DNA of 64,000 bases from an uncultured Candidatus Bathyarchaeia archaeon (GCA_964631575.1 CAZVYD010000001.1:33262-97261); one strand, 5' to 3'. Positions 28,443 through 38,798 are shown, counted from the first letter of the stretch. Numbers and translations are program-made. The notes: generated by a model not told the origin, from the sequence alone.

Positions 28443-29498
28443 CTATTCAACTTTCATGACAGTTTCTTCTCTGTAATCTGAGACCACTCTGATGTAGCCC
28501 TGCAACTGCCTATCCAAATCCTCATCCCCTGTATCTACTAGTAATCGTCTATGTGGTAAGTTCAGCAACTTTCTTCTGGTAGCAACGACTATTATGTTCT
28601 CTCGCCCTGCCTTCTTAATCACGTCTGGGCTGATCTGCTGGTTTCCTCTGCCGAAGATGTAGGCCTGTCCGCCTATTGGCGTAACCACTATCTTAACGGG
28701 GCAATTCTGAATCAACTCAAGTAGCCTTCGCTCATCAATGTCTTTCGCAAACAGCTGTTTCTTGCGAACGACATCGACTCCAAGCAACGTTTTCTCCACG
28801 CCAAGCACGTCTGCCACAGCTTTCACAGTCGTCCCCGGGCCAAGGACGTACAGTTCGTCTCCCATCTCTTCTATGACGTGTCTGGCAATCGCAAGCTGTT
28901 GCTCGATTTCATCCTCGCTCTGAACAGTGGCGGTTTTGATCCCTTGCATAAGAAGGGGCTCTTGTGGAACATTCATGTACCCGTACAGTTTCGCCGATAG
29001 GCGTCCTGCTCTGAACTGAGCTTCATCTATATCCATCACTTCCGCTTGTGCGATCGGAAGTTCGCCCAGAAGATATCGAATGGTGATCTTGGCTGCTTGA
29101 GAAGGATTTACTGCAAAGACGGAACTGTGCATCTTCACTCCGGCCGGTATTCCAAGCACAGGAACCCTGCTATCGATTGCGTCCAAGACATCTCTAGCGG
29201 TTCCATCACCTCCGGTAAAAAGCAATAGGTCAACATTTCTCTCTGCAAGAATCTCCGCCGTTTTCTTTGTGTCCTCTGCAGTAGTTCTCCTTTGAGCCGT
29301 ATCGCTTACTACTTCTGGAGAAAAACCAGCGTCTCTAGCTTCCTTCTCTCCCATTACTCCTGAAGATGTCAGAATCTCAACAAGGCTTCGATGGGCCTGA
29401 AGCCCCATTAGTGCCTCAACCGTTCTTCTGGGGGCGATTGGTTTTGCTCCTCGTCTTAGAGCCTCCTCTAAGGTATCGTTGCCATCGGTCCCTTTCAA
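28443..29498 (-). CDS. ATP-NAD kinase-like/DAGK-like family protein (GGDG kinase fold, COG3199-like)
   Basis: GGDGT motif (LLFTGGDGTARD) in a 351 aa protein distinct from the canonical NadK at 56347. Confidence 0.55.
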   Translation of the reverse strand: MKGTDGNDTLEEALRRGAKPIAPRRTVEALMGLQAHRSLVEILTSSGVMGEKEARDAGFSPEVVSDTAQRRTTAEDTKKTAEILAERNVDLLLFTGGDGTARDVLDAIDSRVPVLGIPAGVKMHSSVFAVNPSQAAKITIRYLLGELPIAQAEVMDIDEAQFRAGRLSAKLYGYMNVPQEPLLMQGIKTATVQSEDEIEQQLAIARHVIEEMGDELYVLGPGTTVKAVADVLGVEKTLLGVDVVRKKQLFAKDIDERRLLELIQNCPVKIVVTPIGGQAYIFGRGNQQISPDVIKKAGRENIIVVATRRKLLNLPHRRLLVDTGDEDLDRQLQGYIRVVSDYREETVMKVE

Positions 29499-29623
29499 CC
29501 CGACTCTGCCGCTTGACAGGCTAATGTTATGCCTCTAGTCCGGCAATCGGGTTGACAACTAGGCCAAGCTTCTTTGTTGACACTCGTTTCCTGCTCCATG
29601 GACGGCGAAGGGCTTACCTCTAA

Positions 29624-32600
29624 TCATGCGGAAGATCTCGTGACTCTAACCAGTCCCACCTTCAGCTTCTCCCCAGAGAGTTTGTATTCGGCTATGTGAG
29701 CTCCTGCAGGCGGAGTTTCGCCTTTCATGGTGTCCGCCAAGGTCTCAGCCGCAATGTACTTCCTAAAAGTCGTGAATGCTCGAAGGTTGTTTGGTCCTCC
29801 GTCATAGTAGATGAGGATTCGATCATCAATATTGAAGCCAGCCTTCTTCCTTTGGTCTTGTATGCGGCGAACTATGTCCCTTGCAAGCCCTTCCACCATC
29901 AGCTCCTCCGGAATTGTCTTCCTGACACCAACAAGAATTTCGCCCTCCTCCGCGACCCCCCATCCCTCCCTTGGCTTCGTAGATATGCGGATCTCATCTG
30001 CGGATACAGCAACAGGTTGTCCATCTACCGTTACCTCGACCCCGGCATTCTCCTTGTGAGCTGAAACGAATATCTTTGGATCCATCTTTGATATCGACTC
30101 ACGCAGTTTCGGCAGCAACTTACCATGTCTCGCTCCGGAAACTTCAGGAATCAGCTCTACAACGTACTCGAGCAACTCTTCCCTATCGCTGCTCAAATTG
30201 AGTTCCTTGACGTTCAACTCCTCTCTAATCAACTCGGAAAGATTCTGAACAACTTCGATATTCTCCGGGCTGACGACGACCTTCGCGGCCGAGAGGGGTT
30301 GCCTTAGCTTCACTCCACATTTGCTTCTTGCAGATCGTCCCAAGCCACAGATCTTGATCGCTCGGTCCATATTCGTCACAAGCTTTTGATCTATGAGGGA
30401 TTTGTCTGCGACTGGCCAATCGCAATGATGTACACTTTCCTGAGCTGTGGGGTTTACACTGCGGACAAGGTTCTGGTAGATTTCCTCAGTCACAAACGGA
30501 ATGAACGGTGCCAGAAGCTTCACAAGGGTCGTGAGGCACGTATACAGAGTGTAGTATCCCGCCTCCTTGTCAGTGTCAGAAGTACTCTTCCAGAATCTTC
30601 TTCTAGATCGTCTAACGTACCAAGTTGAGAGCTCGTCGACGAATGTTCCAAGTGCAGAGGAGGCGCCGGCTGGATCAAAGTTGTCCAAGCAGCTAGTGAC
30701 ATCCGAGATAAGCGTCTGTAGCTTTGAGAGAGCCCAACGATCAATTGATGTGAGCTGGTTTTGCTGTCTCTTCGGGGTCCATCCGTCGAGTCTTGCGTAA
30801 GTCGTGAAGAAGCTGTAGACATTCCATAGAGGGATGAGAAATCTCTTCTTTACCTCCTCTCCCTTTCCATAGCCGAATAACAGGTTTCCTTCTGGGCGAG
30901 TGATGCAGTACATCCAGCGCATCACATCTGCGCCCAGAATCTCAACCGCGTCGTCAAACCAGATGGCAGTTCCCCATGACTTATGCATCTCCCCTCCGTC
31001 TTCGGCCAGTACCAGACCATGGCCGAAACAGGCTAGGAAAGGAGTTAGTCCTTCCATGATTGTACTCATAGCCAGCATAGAATAGAACCAGTTTCGGAAT
31101 TGGCCAGGCAATGACTCGCAGATGAGGTGTGCGGGAAACCACTTCAACCAATAGTCTCGACCATGACGGTAGTTAAGGGTCGAGTAGGCAACTATCCCTG
31201 CATCGAGCCAAGGATTTCCCACATCTGAGACCCTGGACATGTGCGCGTTGCATTTTGGACACTTGATCTTGATGCGATCAATCCAAGGCCTGTGCGGTGA
31301 ATGCCCCTCAAACTCTTCCCATCCTTCGACAGCCCGCACTCTAAGTTCCTCTTCGCTGCCTATGACATCAAATACTCCACATCGCGGGCACTCCCATATT
31401 GGGAGAGCCAACCCCCAGTACCTCTTCTTAGAGATCATCCAGTCATCCATGTTACTAAGCCAGTCCAACTCCTGCTGCAAGCCGTACTCAGGTATCCAGC
31501 GAACTTGCTTGGCCACATCAATTATCTGATATCGAAGGTTCTCTCGCTTGTCCTCCTCCGTGAGGTCTTCCAAGGACTTGTCGAGTTTCCGCCCCATCGA
31601 AATAAACCATTCATCAACAAGCCTAAACACTAGTTCACTTTCGCATCGCCAACAAACAGGATAACGGTGACTATATTTCTCTACTCCAAAGAGCAGATTC
31701 TTCTTCTTCAAGTCGTCGATGATCGGTTCAGCTGTTTCGTAGACATGCATCCCCGTTAACCACCCGAACCCTTCCATGAAGACTCCGTACTCATCAAGGG
31801 GTGCCGGACTTGGGAGACCGTACCTGCGGCCGAGTTCAAGATCTTCTTTGCCGCAGCCTGGGGCGATGTGAACTACTCCTGTGCCCTCGGTCTCACTGAC
31901 TTCGTCCCACAGGATCACTTTGTGGGCTTTGACGGCTCCAGAACGCCTTTCCGCTTCGAGTTCATCAAAGGGGCCATCGTAAGTCAAACCTTCAAGGTCT
32001 CGTCCCGACATTTCACCTACTACTTCATGTTTCTCCGAGATAGTTCTGTCAGCAGTAGCTTTTGCAAGGTAGAAGGTTTCGTCATTCTTGCGAATCTTTA
32101 CGTAGACCAGATCAGGGTGAACAGCGGCAGAGACGTTGGAGGAAAGGGTCCATGGCGTAGTGGTCCATACAAGCAGAAACTCTTTCTTCCTTTCTCTTAG
32201 TGGAAACTTGATTGTAAGTGCATGGTGAGTTAGAAGGCGATATCCTTCCGTAGCTATCTCATGTTCAGAGAGGGCAGTGGAGCATCTAGGACACCAAGGC
32301 ATCACATCGGTACCCTTGCGTATCCATCCTCTCTCATGACACTTTTTCAGGGCGCTCCATATTGTGTAGTTGTTCTCATCAGATAGCGTGAAGTATGATC
32401 CGCCGATCTGGGGCGTTCCCAGTTGCCCAACTAGTTGCTCAGCGGTTCCTGTGACTGAACCTGTCTTGCTGCTGATCGATGTTGTCTTGTCCGGTTCATC
32501 CAGAAGGTTGCCAAGCTTTCTTAGGAGATCGGGATCGTCCCAATCCATCCAGTATCCCAGTCTGATCGACTGTTCCACCTGGGTTGCGGCGAAATTCAGT

Positions 32601-32932
32601 GCTCGTTGCTTGCAACGCTTCACAAACCCTCCTACACCATACGCCTCGATCTCTCTCTTTGACTTGAACCCCAGCTCCCTTTCGACTTCTACTTCAATCC
32701 ACAACCCCTGGCAATCAAATCCGTTCTGATATCGGAGGTCATGTCCTCTCATGGCTTGGTAGCGTTGGAAGAGATCCTTGTAAGTTCGTCCCCAAGCGTG
32801 GTGGACACCCATAGGGTTGTTCGCGGTTATCGGCCCATCAATGAACGACCACCTCTCTTTTCCCTTGTTGAGGCTCATGCGTTTGTCGAAGGCCTTCGTT
32901 TCTTTCCAGAACTGTAGGATCCGATGCTCCAT
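29624..32932 (-). CDS. ileS: Isoleucyl-tRNA synthetase
   Basis: 1102 aa; GFDCQGLWIEVE (cf. GWDxHGLPIE), editing-domain TTPWTLSSN and Zn-binding CPRC pairs. The HIGH and KMSKS positions read GVHH and EMHKS (see findings). Confidence 0.85.
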   Translation of the reverse strand: MEHRILQFWKETKAFDKRMSLNKGKERWSFIDGPITANNPMGVHHAWGRTYKDLFQRYQAMRGHDLRYQNGFDCQGLWIEVEVERELGFKSKREIEAYGVGGFVKRCKQRALNFAATQVEQSIRLGYWMDWDDPDLLRKLGNLLDEPDKTTSISSKTGSVTGTAEQLVGQLGTPQIGGSYFTLSDENNYTIWSALKKCHERGWIRKGTDVMPWCPRCSTALSEHEIATEGYRLLTHHALTIKFPLRERKKEFLLVWTTTPWTLSSNVSAAVHPDLVYVKIRKNDETFYLAKATADRTISEKHEVVGEMSGRDLEGLTYDGPFDELEAERRSGAVKAHKVILWDEVSETEGTGVVHIAPGCGKEDLELGRRYGLPSPAPLDEYGVFMEGFGWLTGMHVYETAEPIIDDLKKKNLLFGVEKYSHRYPVCWRCESELVFRLVDEWFISMGRKLDKSLEDLTEEDKRENLRYQIIDVAKQVRWIPEYGLQQELDWLSNMDDWMISKKRYWGLALPIWECPRCGVFDVIGSEEELRVRAVEGWEEFEGHSPHRPWIDRIKIKCPKCNAHMSRVSDVGNPWLDAGIVAYSTLNYRHGRDYWLKWFPAHLICESLPGQFRNWFYSMLAMSTIMEGLTPFLACFGHGLVLAEDGGEMHKSWGTAIWFDDAVEILGADVMRWMYCITRPEGNLLFGYGKGEEVKKRFLIPLWNVYSFFTTYARLDGWTPKRQQNQLTSIDRWALSKLQTLISDVTSCLDNFDPAGASSALGTFVDELSTWYVRRSRRRFWKSTSDTDKEAGYYTLYTCLTTLVKLLAPFIPFVTEEIYQNLVRSVNPTAQESVHHCDWPVADKSLIDQKLVTNMDRAIKICGLGRSARSKCGVKLRQPLSAAKVVVSPENIEVVQNLSELIREELNVKELNLSSDREELLEYVVELIPEVSGARHGKLLPKLRESISKMDPKIFVSAHKENAGVEVTVDGQPVAVSADEIRISTKPREGWGVAEEGEILVGVRKTIPEELMVEGLARDIVRRIQDQRKKAGFNIDDRILIYYDGGPNNLRAFTTFRKYIAAETLADTMKGETPPAGAHIAEYKLSGEKLKVGLVRVTRSSA

Positions 32933-33404
32933 CTTCGGAAGGTCGAGGTTACTAGCTACTTCCTTGAACGTTCATCCTCACCGCTCTTCAGGTGTTGCAG
33001 GCAACGGAATGAGAATGTACTCCTGTTCGCCTGTTAAAAGATCTCGTAGAAGGAATCGGTCTTAGCGAAGGGAATTTTCCGATCCCTCATGTCCTTCCAC
33101 GCAACGCCCTCACTCTCGCGTGCCGGATATATTAGGTTTGTTCGCTTCTGTCCGCAAGGAATTGATGAAGCAAGGTCTGTCTACGGAAGTTCTCTGTACG
33201 ACTTGTTATGCTTCTCATAACCAGCATTCTGAGTGCATATCATTTATAATGACCTTGTTTGAATATTGTCGGGATTCGGTCGAGGCATCAGGCATGCCAT
33301 TAGTCTCGGGTATCGGTGGAACGATCAAGGACTTCCTCAGAGAGAGGTTTCGCAGAGAAGTCTTCTCATCAAGGATCCGAGCAGCCGTGGGATACCTTTC
33401 CGAA

Positions 33405-36047
33405 ATGTCAAAAGCTCAAGTAGCCCTATTCGCTGCTTTCCTGTGCATACTCTCCGTGGCAGCGTTACTGAGGGTGTTGCCCCTGAGGTGGGGCTTTTTC
33501 CTATCTGAGTTCGATCCATACTTTCAGTATAGGATCGCTGACTACGTGGTTAAGAACGGCTATGCTGCATGGTTCCGTTGGCACGATAGCATGAGTTGGT
33601 ATCCCTATGGCCGAGATGTATACACGTCAGCTTTCCCGGCGCTAGGGTTCACCGCAGCCAGCTTTTTCACATTTCTCAAGGCCATGGGCGCAACTGTCAC
33701 ACTGATGGACGTATGCGTAGTCTTCCCAATCATTATGGGGCTTTTGACAGTTGTCGCAATCTATCTATTCGGAAAGGATCTTTGGAGCAGAAGCGTAGGC
33801 CTCTTCGCCGCATTATTCTTGGCAATCAACGGTTCTCACATAAGCCGCACTTCACTGGGCTTCTTTGACGATGAAACCATCGGCGTCTTCTCAATGATTC
33901 TGATCTTTCTATTGTATTTGAGAGCGATATCTCCGCAGCGCACATTGAAGTCTTCGTTGACTTACGGAATCCTGTCTGGACTGATGTTGGCGTATCTTAG
34001 CTGGGGGTGGGGTGCGTTCAGGTACCCCATGGTGCTAATGTATCTCTTCACCGCGCTTATGGTTCTAATGAAGCGATACAACACCAAGATGCTTGTCGCA
34101 TACGTTGCAACTTATGGAGTCCAGCTTGCAACGGTCACTCAACTCCCGTATCTCGGCACGCGCTTTCTGGGCGAATGGTCCACCTTGGCAATTTTCGGCG
34201 TGTTAGCCCTCCTTGTTTCGGTCGAGGTCGCTAGGCGCGTGACTACTGCACGGATGAGGCTGCTTGTGTTTGCGAGCGTGGGAGGGATAGTTGCAGCGGC
34301 CTTTGCCATTCTTTGGTATCAGGGTGTTGCTACGCCTCTAGTTGCGAAGTTTCTCGCGGTAATGGATCCTGCCAGAAGACTTACCATGCCTCTGGTTGAG
34401 TCGGTAGCCGAACATCGTCCGGCTACTTGGGCGTCATTCTTCCATGAATCTGGAATACTTCTCTTCCTAAGTATCTTCGGATTTGTCTTCGCAGCTCAAA
34501 GAGGAAGAGACAGCGATATCTTTCTGATGCTCTTTGGGCTGTCATCGATCTACTTTGCTGGATCTTTGGTCAGGCTCACCTTGATCCTCGCGCCGGCCAT
34601 ATCACTTCTAGCCGGAGTCACAATGGTTGAACTGTGCAAGCCATCAGTGGACATTGCTCGGGAAGCGGTCATATTTCCACGGAGAAAGATCAGGTTCGCA
34701 GCAAGAGTTGGAAGAGAGTTCGGAGTAGCAATACTTCTGATACTCATCTTGATCGTCTTGCCCACTTTTGCGAGGGTCACCACAGAAGCCTACTCACCTG
34801 CGACGATTGCGACATCAAGTTTTCCCACGACTCCCAAAGCAGGTGAGGAGCGGAACTATCAGGATTGGTTGGAAGCATTATCTTGGATGAAAGATAGTCT
34901 GCCCAGAGATGCAGTCGTATTCTCATGGTGGGACTACGGCTACTGGATCACTACTCTGGCAGAGAAGCGGACTCTCGCAGACAACGGAACAATCAACTCG
35001 ACGCAGATTGCAATGATAGCACGTGCCTTCATACTGAACGAGACCATGGCTATACCAATCCTGAAGGAGTACAATGTCTCTCACGTGGCAGTCTACGCTG
35101 CTTGGGATAAATCACAACAGCGGCAGGTCCAGTTCTATGGTGTTGGAGAAGACAGCAAATGGTTCTGGATGGCCAAGATATGCAACGGCACGACGTTTCG
35201 AGGCCAAAAGATTGTGATCACGGAGAATAGAACCGAATCGGATACAACCTACTACAGGAAGGTCGTTCAGGAAGGTAAGGTGATATCCACAGACCTGATT
35301 GCAGACAAGCAAGGAATTAAACCGAACACATTGGTCGGCTCTCTTATATTGAAGTCTGCTGGGTTGGAATACACCGAGTCTGAGTACTTCACATCCCAAT
35401 TCACCTCAAAGAAGAGCTGGGTAGCAGTTTATTCGGTAATCTACCCCGAGCCTTCAGCTTTAGATTGTTTCGTGAACCCGAAGAAGATCGTGTACAATGA
35501 GTCCATTGTCGAGTTCTCTGGACGACTTTCGACGAAAGGCAAAGGTTTGTTCAACATGACAGTAACCCTAGAGTACTCTGAAGACAAAGGCCAAACGTGG
35601 AGGGAGATAACTACAGTTCGATCTGGGACAAATGGTACATACAAGTATCAGTGGACGCCTAACGCAGGTTCCTATCTCGTCAGATCCCGTTGGGATGGAA
35701 TCAGACGAAAGTTCATCGGTGCCAAGAGCCCGAGCCTAGATATGGTTGTCGATAAGGCGCGAGTCACAATGTCGGTCGAACTATCTGCAAGGGAAGTGCC
35801 AGTGAATCAGAGCATAACGTTTACTTGCAAACTGTCTAAGGCAATATCGGTGGGCACAATTACAGTAGACTACTCTTTAGACAACAAGACCTGGAATACG
35901 GCAGGCCACGGAGAAATCAAGAACGGGACCTTCACCCTCAAATGGGCACCTACGAAACCGGGCACATACTACATCCGAGTAGTGTGGGTTGGAGACCAAA
36001 ACTATCTCGAAGTACCGGTGCAAAACTTCCTCATAATAGTGAAGTAG
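33405..36047 (+). CDS. aglB: Archaeal oligosaccharyltransferase AglB (STT3 homologue), long form with C-terminal beta-sandwich repeats
   Basis: 13-TM STT3 core with EFDPYFQYR and WWDYGYW motifs. Start uncertain: GTG at 33120 and ATG at 33294 are also in frame. Confidence 0.8.
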   Translation: MSKAQVALFAAFLCILSVAALLRVLPLRWGFFLSEFDPYFQYRIADYVVKNGYAAWFRWHDSMSWYPYGRDVYTSAFPALGFTAASFFTFLKAMGATVTLMDVCVVFPIIMGLLTVVAIYLFGKDLWSRSVGLFAALFLAINGSHISRTSLGFFDDETIGVFSMILIFLLYLRAISPQRTLKSSLTYGILSGLMLAYLSWGWGAFRYPMVLMYLFTALMVLMKRYNTKMLVAYVATYGVQLATVTQLPYLGTRFLGEWSTLAIFGVLALLVSVEVARRVTTARMRLLVFASVGGIVAAAFAILWYQGVATPLVAKFLAVMDPARRLTMPLVESVAEHRPATWASFFHESGILLFLSIFGFVFAAQRGRDSDIFLMLFGLSSIYFAGSLVRLTLILAPAISLLAGVTMVELCKPSVDIAREAVIFPRRKIRFAARVGREFGVAILLILILIVLPTFARVTTEAYSPATIATSSFPTTPKAGEERNYQDWLEALSWMKDSLPRDAVVFSWWDYGYWITTLAEKRTLADNGTINSTQIAMIARAFILNETMAIPILKEYNVSHVAVYAAWDKSQQRQVQFYGVGEDSKWFWMAKICNGTTFRGQKIVITENRTESDTTYYRKVVQEGKVISTDLIADKQGIKPNTLVGSLILKSAGLEYTESEYFTSQFTSKKSWVAVYSVIYPEPSALDCFVNPKKIVYNESIVEFSGRLSTKGKGLFNMTVTLEYSEDKGQTWREITTVRSGTNGTYKYQWTPNAGSYLVRSRWDGIRRKFIGAKSPSLDMVVDKARVTMSVELSAREVPVNQSITFTCKLSKAISVGTITVDYSLDNKTWNTAGHGEIKNGTFTLKWAPTKPGTYYIRVVWVGDQNYLEVPVQNFLIIVK

Positions 36048-36067
36048 GAAAACAGGAAGAAGACACT

Positions 36068-36823
36068 TCAACCTATGTATATCGTTTGATCCTTTCTGAA
36101 TGTGCCGGCAAGTTTCTTCTCGATTTCGCCAACCTTTCTTTCGACTTTCCGCATCTTCGCCACCTTCTTCTCTAAGCTTGAGAGGTTCAGTTTCAAGTCT
36201 AATGCGCTTGCAAGGACTTCGAGGACTCTCTGGGTAGCAACTGGATCCGGTCCGAGGCCTGTGGTCTGTCCCAAGAGGCAGATAGCATCAAGGTTCATGG
36301 TTTTGGCGAGGGCTACAAGGAGTCCTGCGATTCCAACGATTGGAATGCCAGCCTTCTCTACGCTGGCTCCGGCGGATGCTAGTTTGGACACTAGGTCGCC
36401 TCTTGTCGCAACGCCGACGACCAGATCTCCTTCCTTTTGGGGTGAAACAAATCCTCCGATGCTTATGATCTGCGAGGCCGAAAGTCTGATGGCATATTGA
36501 ACTATCTTCGTGGCCACCTCGTATTGACCGTAGTTGGTTTGTGGTTGGCAATCACCGGTTATCATCACCAACTCCTTTCCATTATTGGTCGAGTAGTAGA
36601 ATTCACTTCGTGGTAACCTTGCTATTCCCCGTGAATCCACAATGGCTTGGTATGGAAAATACGGAGAATAGAGTTCCGCAATCTTTCGCGCTTTCAGTTC
36701 ATCGATGAGGAAGGACACGGCCAGTCCTCCCACGGATCCAAGCCCCGGCAACCCCTCGATGACCGTGGGGTTATGTGGTTTCGGTCCCCGTTCTCTAATC
36801 ACGGTTTCCACTGGAACGTTCAC
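36068..36823 (-). CDS. PAC2-family (proteasome assembly chaperone-like, ATP-grasp-like fold) protein
   Basis: N-terminus [18 protein letters not shown] typical of PAC2/DUF75. Confidence 0.6.
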   Translation of the reverse strand: MNVPVETVIRERGPKPHNPTVIEGLPGLGSVGGLAVSFLIDELKARKIAELYSPYFPYQAIVDSRGIARLPRSEFYYSTNNGKELVMITGDCQPQTNYGQYEVATKIVQYAIRLSASQIISIGGFVSPQKEGDLVVGVATRGDLVSKLASAGASVEKAGIPIVGIAGLLVALAKTMNLDAICLLGQTTGLGPDPVATQRVLEVLASALDLKLNLSSLEKKVAKMRKVERKVGEIEKKLAGTFRKDQTIYIG

Positions 36824-36959
36824 TCCTATACTTGGCGTACTTGTCGTCAGGCGAGAACTTCGCCGGGTGGGGGATCACTGTTTCGCTTCCGCAGCTTGGG
36901 CAAGTGGTCTTCAGCGTGTAGGTTCCGCACTTTCTACATTTTCTAATTTGCCATTTCAA
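36795..36959 (-). CDS. nop10: H/ACA ribonucleoprotein subunit Nop10 (54 aa, TTG start)
   Basis: Manual translation [45 protein letters not shown] matches the Nop10 zinc-ribbon/PxRFSPxDKY signature. The TTG start overlaps the aIF2alpha stop as TTGA. Below the ORF-track 60 aa cutoff. Confidence 0.75.
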   Translation of the reverse strand: MKWQIRKCRKCGTYTLKTTCPSCGSETVIPHPAKFSPDDKYAKYRSERSSGNRD

Positions 36960-37738
36960 TCGATCCGGCGCCCCTCGCCGCCCACATCTTTGATATAGGA
37001 AATCGCCTCGTCTACAGCCTCTTTCAGAATCGTTTCGGCATCCGAGTAGTCTGAGGCGACAACTTCAAGACGGTACTTGGGCGCCCCTATCGTGTAGATT
37101 CTAATATCGGTTCCCTCAGGTTTGACTTTCTCCGCGTTTAGCAATGCCGTTACTATACCTGCGATCCCATCTGGCTTGGTTGAGGTGAGCTCGATCGTGC
37201 CAGTCAACATGGTCCTCTTCACCTTGATCTTGAGCTTCGCATTCTCTGCCAGTGCTTTCGACCATTCAGGTGGCAGCCCCAACTTTGTGAAGACCTCTTC
37301 TCCTTGGTCGATCGATTTCTCCAATGCGTCGTAGACTGAGTCATATTGCTGGATTATTTTGCCTCTAACATCCTCGAGCGTATTCTCGTCAGCCGTGAGT
37401 CTTTCTGCCGTGTTCTTCAGTATGGCTTCTGCCTTCTTGTCTCTCTTCCACTGAAGCATCTTCTCGGCCTTTTCGCGTCCGGTCACTCGTCTCAACGAGA
37501 GGTCGACTTCGCCTCTTTGCCTATTGATTCTCAGAACCTTCAGAACGAGCTTTTGCCCCTCTCTTACGTGATCTCTGATGTTTTTCACCCAAGTCGTTGA
37601 GACCTCGGATATGTGTATGAGTCCCTCTCTCCCTCTATATTCGTCTAGGGCAACATATGCTCCGTAAGGAGTTGTGCTCCTAACGGTCGCGACGACTAGG
37701 TCTCCAGTTTCGGGATATGCTTCCTCGGGAGTTGCCAT
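36956..37738 (-). CDS. eif2a: Translation initiation factor 2 alpha subunit (aIF2alpha)
   Basis: N-terminal S1 domain (GDLVVATV...HISEV) with the aIF2alpha layout. Confidence 0.9.
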   Translation of the reverse strand: MATPEEAYPETGDLVVATVRSTTPYGAYVALDEYRGREGLIHISEVSTTWVKNIRDHVREGQKLVLKVLRINRQRGEVDLSLRRVTGREKAEKMLQWKRDKKAEAILKNTAERLTADENTLEDVRGKIIQQYDSVYDALEKSIDQGEEVFTKLGLPPEWSKALAENAKLKIKVKRTMLTGTIELTSTKPDGIAGIVTALLNAEKVKPEGTDIRIYTIGAPKYRLEVVASDYSDAETILKEAVDEAISYIKDVGGEGRRID

Positions 37739-37742
37739 TTTC

Positions 37743-37940
37743 TCACATACCTAAGGGCTGCACTGTCTCCCCTTTGATCTTAGCTTTTCCTCCTCGAGGC
37801 TCAAGGATGACCTCCTCGCACACATCGCATTTCAATGTTGTTGAACTTCTCTCGAAAACCACCTGCTCATTCCCACATTTTTGACATTTGATCTTGAGGA
37901 ATGTACTCCGAGGCTGAGGGATCAATTCTCTCCGGGGCAT
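37743..37940 (-). CDS. rps27e: Ribosomal protein S27e
   Basis: C4 zinc finger CQKCGNEQVVF...CDVCEE; 65 aa. Confidence 0.9.
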   Translation of the reverse strand: MPRRELIPQPRSTFLKIKCQKCGNEQVVFERSSTTLKCDVCEEVILEPRGGKAKIKGETVQPLGM

Positions 37941-37947
37941 CGGCCGC

Positions 37948-38226
37948 TCAACCTCCTATCTCCATCTTTCTCAGTCTGATTCCATATCTGAAAACCGTAT
38001 AACCGCAGGTCTTGCACTCAAGTTTGGCGGATTGCTTCTTAGTAGTCTTTGCAGTTCTCTTCAACTCCGGGTACTTCTGTCCACCGTAGCCATGTCGCCT
38101 TCGCTCATGTCTTCTTGCGCCCCATGCAAGTGATCGTTGCTTTCCGGCCTTGTAGAGCGAGACAGAGTGCTCTACATGCTTCTTACACTTTGGACAGTAA
38201 ACGGTCATCGTTTTCGGAATCTTCAA
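37948..38226 (-). CDS. rpl44e: Ribosomal protein L44e
   Basis: MKIPKTMTVYCPKCKKH...CKTCG; 92 aa. Confidence 0.9.
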   Translation of the reverse strand: MKIPKTMTVYCPKCKKHVEHSVSLYKAGKQRSLAWGARRHERRRHGYGGQKYPELKRTAKTTKKQSAKLECKTCGYTVFRYGIRLRKMEIGG

Positions 38227-38798
38227 TTTTCTTCAACCTCTACTTTCACAGCCGCCCTTTGATGCATTAGGGCTCGGGCGTTTTCCGCTGGCAGCGAAGC
38301 TATGTCTTCAGGCTTGAAGGGGCCGTAAGTCTTCAAGTCAACGCCGACTATTGCGGGGATCTCACAAGCAAATCGCACTAATATTTTTTGCGGCACATCT
38401 CTCGGTGTCGATGGGGCAGCATTAACCAGCTTTCCTTCTAAGAGGTTCTTCTTCAATCGCGAACATTGGCTCGATGCTTGAAGCAACGTTTGGTAGATTT
38501 CTTCTTCTTGTCGTGTCAGGAATCCTGTTGGAATTGGTGTCTCGTTCCCGAGCAAGGAGTCAAGCATTTTTCGAAACCTACTTGCTACGATTTCAGACAG
38601 TAGTCTTCTGCTATTCTCTAGCTCCTGTCTGAGTAGTCTGGACTTCATCGTTTTGTTATCCATCATCCTCTGGCCCTCTCTCAATTTTCTTAGATGGTCT
38701 GCTGCCTTTTCATAGAAGTTCTTCGGGAAGGCCTGTAGGTCCCTAGACGATTTCTCTCGTTTCCAAGCATCGTACAATTCTTGATGCATGTCAGTCAC
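38223..38798 (-). CDS. GINS subunit (Gins51/Gins15-like)
   Basis: 191 aa protein immediately downstream of priS, as in the conserved archaeal priS-gins15 arrangement. Stop overlaps the L44e start (ATGA). Helical N-domain plus small C-domain. Confidence 0.5.
   Translation of the reverse strand: MTDMHQELYDAWKREKSSRDLQAFPKNFYEKAADHLRKLREGQRMMDNKTMKSRLLRQELENSRRLLSEIVASRFRKMLDSLLGNETPIPTGFLTRQEEEIYQTLLQASSQCSRLKKNLLEGKLVNAAPSTPRDVPQKILVRFACEIPAIVGVDLKTYGPFKPEDIASLPAENARALMHQRAAVKVEVEEN

Noticed and set aside
33507-33517. tRNA T-loop-like motif GAGTTCGATCC
   Set aside because: Lies inside the AglB coding region with no acceptor or anticodon stem context; I found no other tRNA-like T-arm/acceptor arrangements in intergenic regions.
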